Part shown: positions 18,145 through 20,000 of the stretch, piece after piece
Layout of the letters: each line of letters opens with the position of its first letter
Numbering within the stretch: position 1 is the stretch's first letter
Assembly (NCBI GenBank): GCA_021432655.1
Contig: MU271297.1
Location: 83,754-103,753 of the forward strand
Reading direction: 5' to 3'
Origin: Atractiella rhizophila
Taxonomy: Eukaryota
DNA: 20,000 nucleotides
The notes under the pieces: generated by a model
What the model saw: the letters and a program-made list of their open reading frames with translations, nothing else
Database searches by the model: none
What the model was told of the DNA's origin: nothing
Program-made: the position numbers and the translations under genes

Positions 18145-20000
18145 ATGCCCTCCCGACCCTCCTCACCGATCATCCACTCCCCTTCTCCGCCCTCTTCCTC
18201 GCCCTCCGCCTCCACCGCCTTCTCCTTCTCCAGCCGAGCACGTCCTCTTTCCCTTGATTCCTCTCTCTTGGAGCCCTCCGAAGGCTTCAGCGAAGGCGGA
18301 TCTGGTTCGGGCAGGAGGAGGAAGGCTTCGGGACATAGGAGGAACATGTCCATTTCCCCGCCTACGGGCAGCCCTCTCTTCGTCGTACAGCCCCAGAATC
18401 AGGTCTTGCCTCATTCTCCGCCGCCGATCTTGCCTCCTCCAGCTGTCGCTCCGACCTCCGTCGTACTTCCGAAGCGAGAGGTGGACGGATTGAACAAGGA
18501 GGTGGAGGTTCTCAAGGGCGAGCTGGGGACCCGGAATGGAGAGATGAGTATCCCTGTTTCAAGGGATGAGATAAACATTCTGGATTCGAAGGAAGAGATA
18601 AGTCTTCCGAAGGGTGAAAGTGATCTTCCAAAGAAGAGAGAGATGGATACCTTGACGAGAGGGACAGATGGACCGAAGCCAGATGTAAATATTCACATTC
18701 CTCCCTTGTCAGCTCTTGCATCTGCTGCAAGCGTGACAGTACCAGTGACAGGATCCCCAGGGATCGGAGCGATATGGGATCCCATGCGCTCTCCATCTCC
18801 TCCACCCAACTTCTCCACTCCGCCCATGCCCACTTCTTCCTCTCCCATCCTCTCCCGTCATCCCTCCCTACCTGCGCTCTCGATGGGAATAGGGATCTCC
18901 GGACACGCCAGACGCTTATCCTCCGAAGCTCACTCTGCTACCAGCGTCGGTTCGCATTCGCCTAGGTCGCCCAGAGGATTCGTGTTTGGAAGCAGTAAGA
19001 AGAAGAATAGGGCGAGGGAGAGGTCGAATTCGAGGGAGGGGCCGAGAGAGGAGGATGTGGAGGAGGTGGAGGGTGAGGAGAGGGAGTTGAGGACTAGAGA
19101 TAGTTTGGAGGAGCTCGGAGGAGGGGGAGGAAGTGGAGGCGGGAGTCCTCATACCCCAAGTCCGCATGGTAGACTGTTTCCTCCCCTTCCTTACGCTCAT
19201 GATACCGCCGCCTCTACATCGTCGCCTTCCTCTTCCTCGCCTTCCCATCCTTCACTGACCTTCCTCAACAATGCGCTCGTCGAAGTCGGAACTTCAGGAG
19301 GCTCTGCAGGCTCCGGTTCTGGTTCAGGAGGCTATTCCCCTCCTTTCGGCCTCACCTCCTTCTCTCTCCCCTCCGTCCCTCTCACTTCTCACCATGGCCA
19401 TACCACAGTAACGACCTCCGGAAGCCCCACCCGATCATTCCACTCTGCTCACTTACCCCCATCCTCCCTCTCCATCTCCACCTTCGCAACTACACGTCCT
19501 CCATCCCCACCTGTTCCGATTGGTGCTACCGCCTCACCCGAAAGTCCTACCTTGTATTTTAACAAGGATGCGCTGAGGACACGGGATAGTCTGGAGATTT
19601 TTGATCCTATGTTGCTGCCCCCATCGGCAATGGAGGAGAGGGAGAGAGAGGGAGCGGCAGATGGAGAGAGGGACAGGGATACAATGGACATTGTGCATGA
19701 AGAGATGGACGCCGCTTCCCTCCCTTACCTTCTCCGCGGTCCCGATCCAGCTCTATCGATGGGAGAGGAGACCGTCAAAGACTTCCATCCGCCATCGACT
19801 CTCCATCCTCCTCAACCTCAACCTCCAAGCCCAATGGTCGCCGCATTCCCCCCACTCTCTGTTGACAGCCTCGGACTCTCCATGGACGAATCGTCCTTGA
19901 CGGGATCTGGATTGGAAGCGGATGAAATGTTTGGGTGGAAGAAGGAGGACGAGATGGAACTCACGCTTTTGGAGAGGATCATTGTGTGTGGAAAGTCGTC
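18145..20000 (+). CDS. 5' part (about 618 codons) of a large protein with a Ser/Pro-rich disordered N-terminus; possibly a HEAT/ARM-repeat phosphatase regulatory subunit (PP4R1-like)
   Basis: The frame is open with no stop from AAAC-ATG at 18145 (MPSRPSSP...) to the window end; the ORF track misses it because it has no stop here. The last residues, EDEMELTLLERIIVCGKS, resemble the LERI...S start of the HEAT region I recall in fungal PP4R1-like proteins. Coding status is well supported but the product call is tentative. Confidence 0.7.
   Translation, partial: MPSRPSSPIIHSPSPPSSSPSASTAFSFSSRARPLSLDSSLLEPSEGFSEGGSGSGRRRKASGHRRNMSISPPTGSPLFVVQPQNQVLPHSPPPILPPPAVAPTSVVLPKREVDGLNKEVEVLKGELGTRNGEMSIPVSRDEINILDSKEEISLPKGESDLPKKREMDTLTRGTDGPKPDVNIHIPPLSALASAASVTVPVTGSPGIGAIWDPMRSPSPPPNFSTPPMPTSSSPILSRHPSLPALSMGIGISGHARRLSSEAHSATSVGSHSPRSPRGFVFGSSKKKNRARERSNSREGPREEDVEEVEGEERELRTRDSLEELGGGGGSGGGSPHTPSPHGRLFPPLPYAHDTAASTSSPSSSSPSHPSLTFLNNALVEVGTSGGSAGSGSGSGGYSPPFGLTSFSLPSVPLTSHHGHTTVTTSGSPTRSFHSAHLPPSSLSISTFATTRPPSPPVPIGATASPESPTLYFNKDALRTRDSLEIFDPMLLPPSAMEEREREGAADGERDRDTMDIVHEEMDAASLPYLLRGPDPALSMGEETVKDFHPPSTLHPPQPQPPSPMVAAFPPLSVDSLGLSMDESSLTGSGLEADEMFGWKKEDEMELTLLERIIVCGKS

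Noticed and set aside
1..20000. Prokaryote-type systems (CRISPR, operons, defence islands) or a secondary-metabolite cluster
   Set aside because: The sequence is spliceosomal-intron-rich eukaryotic DNA with no repeat-spacer array and no PKS, NRPS, terpene synthase or RiPP precursor repeat.

Overview
This is a compact, intron-rich eukaryotic nuclear window. Introns are about 45-90 nt, and the splice style and gene content suggest a basidiomycete fungus (inference). Manual splicing resolves ten protein-coding genes: a GT32 DxD glycosyltransferase (-, runs off the 5' edge), a DHHC palmitoyltransferase (-), an Rcm1/NSUN5 rRNA m5C methyltransferase (+, with a 201-N gap), a nucleoside hydrolase (-), the mitochondrial GTP/GDP carrier GGC1 (+), a cyanamide hydratase-type HD protein (-), a Tvp38/DedA Golgi protein (+), SYS1 (-), a secreted GH79 glycosidase (+), and a long Ser/Pro-rich ORF that may be a HEAT-repeat phosphatase regulator (+, runs off the 3' edge and is missing from the ORF track). 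I found no RNA genes, CRISPR arrays or intact mobile elements. I see no convincing new multi-gene system. The notable signals are: single-base homopolymer frameshifts in four otherwise intact genes (most likely assembly error, but testable), microexons carrying catalytic motifs, an odd GC donor, a 34-nt insertion at the cyanamide hydratase N-terminus, shared TCACGTG elements at several promoters, and a Cre1-site-rich GH79 promoter with an inverted repeat. Family assignments rest on recalled motifs, not database searches.
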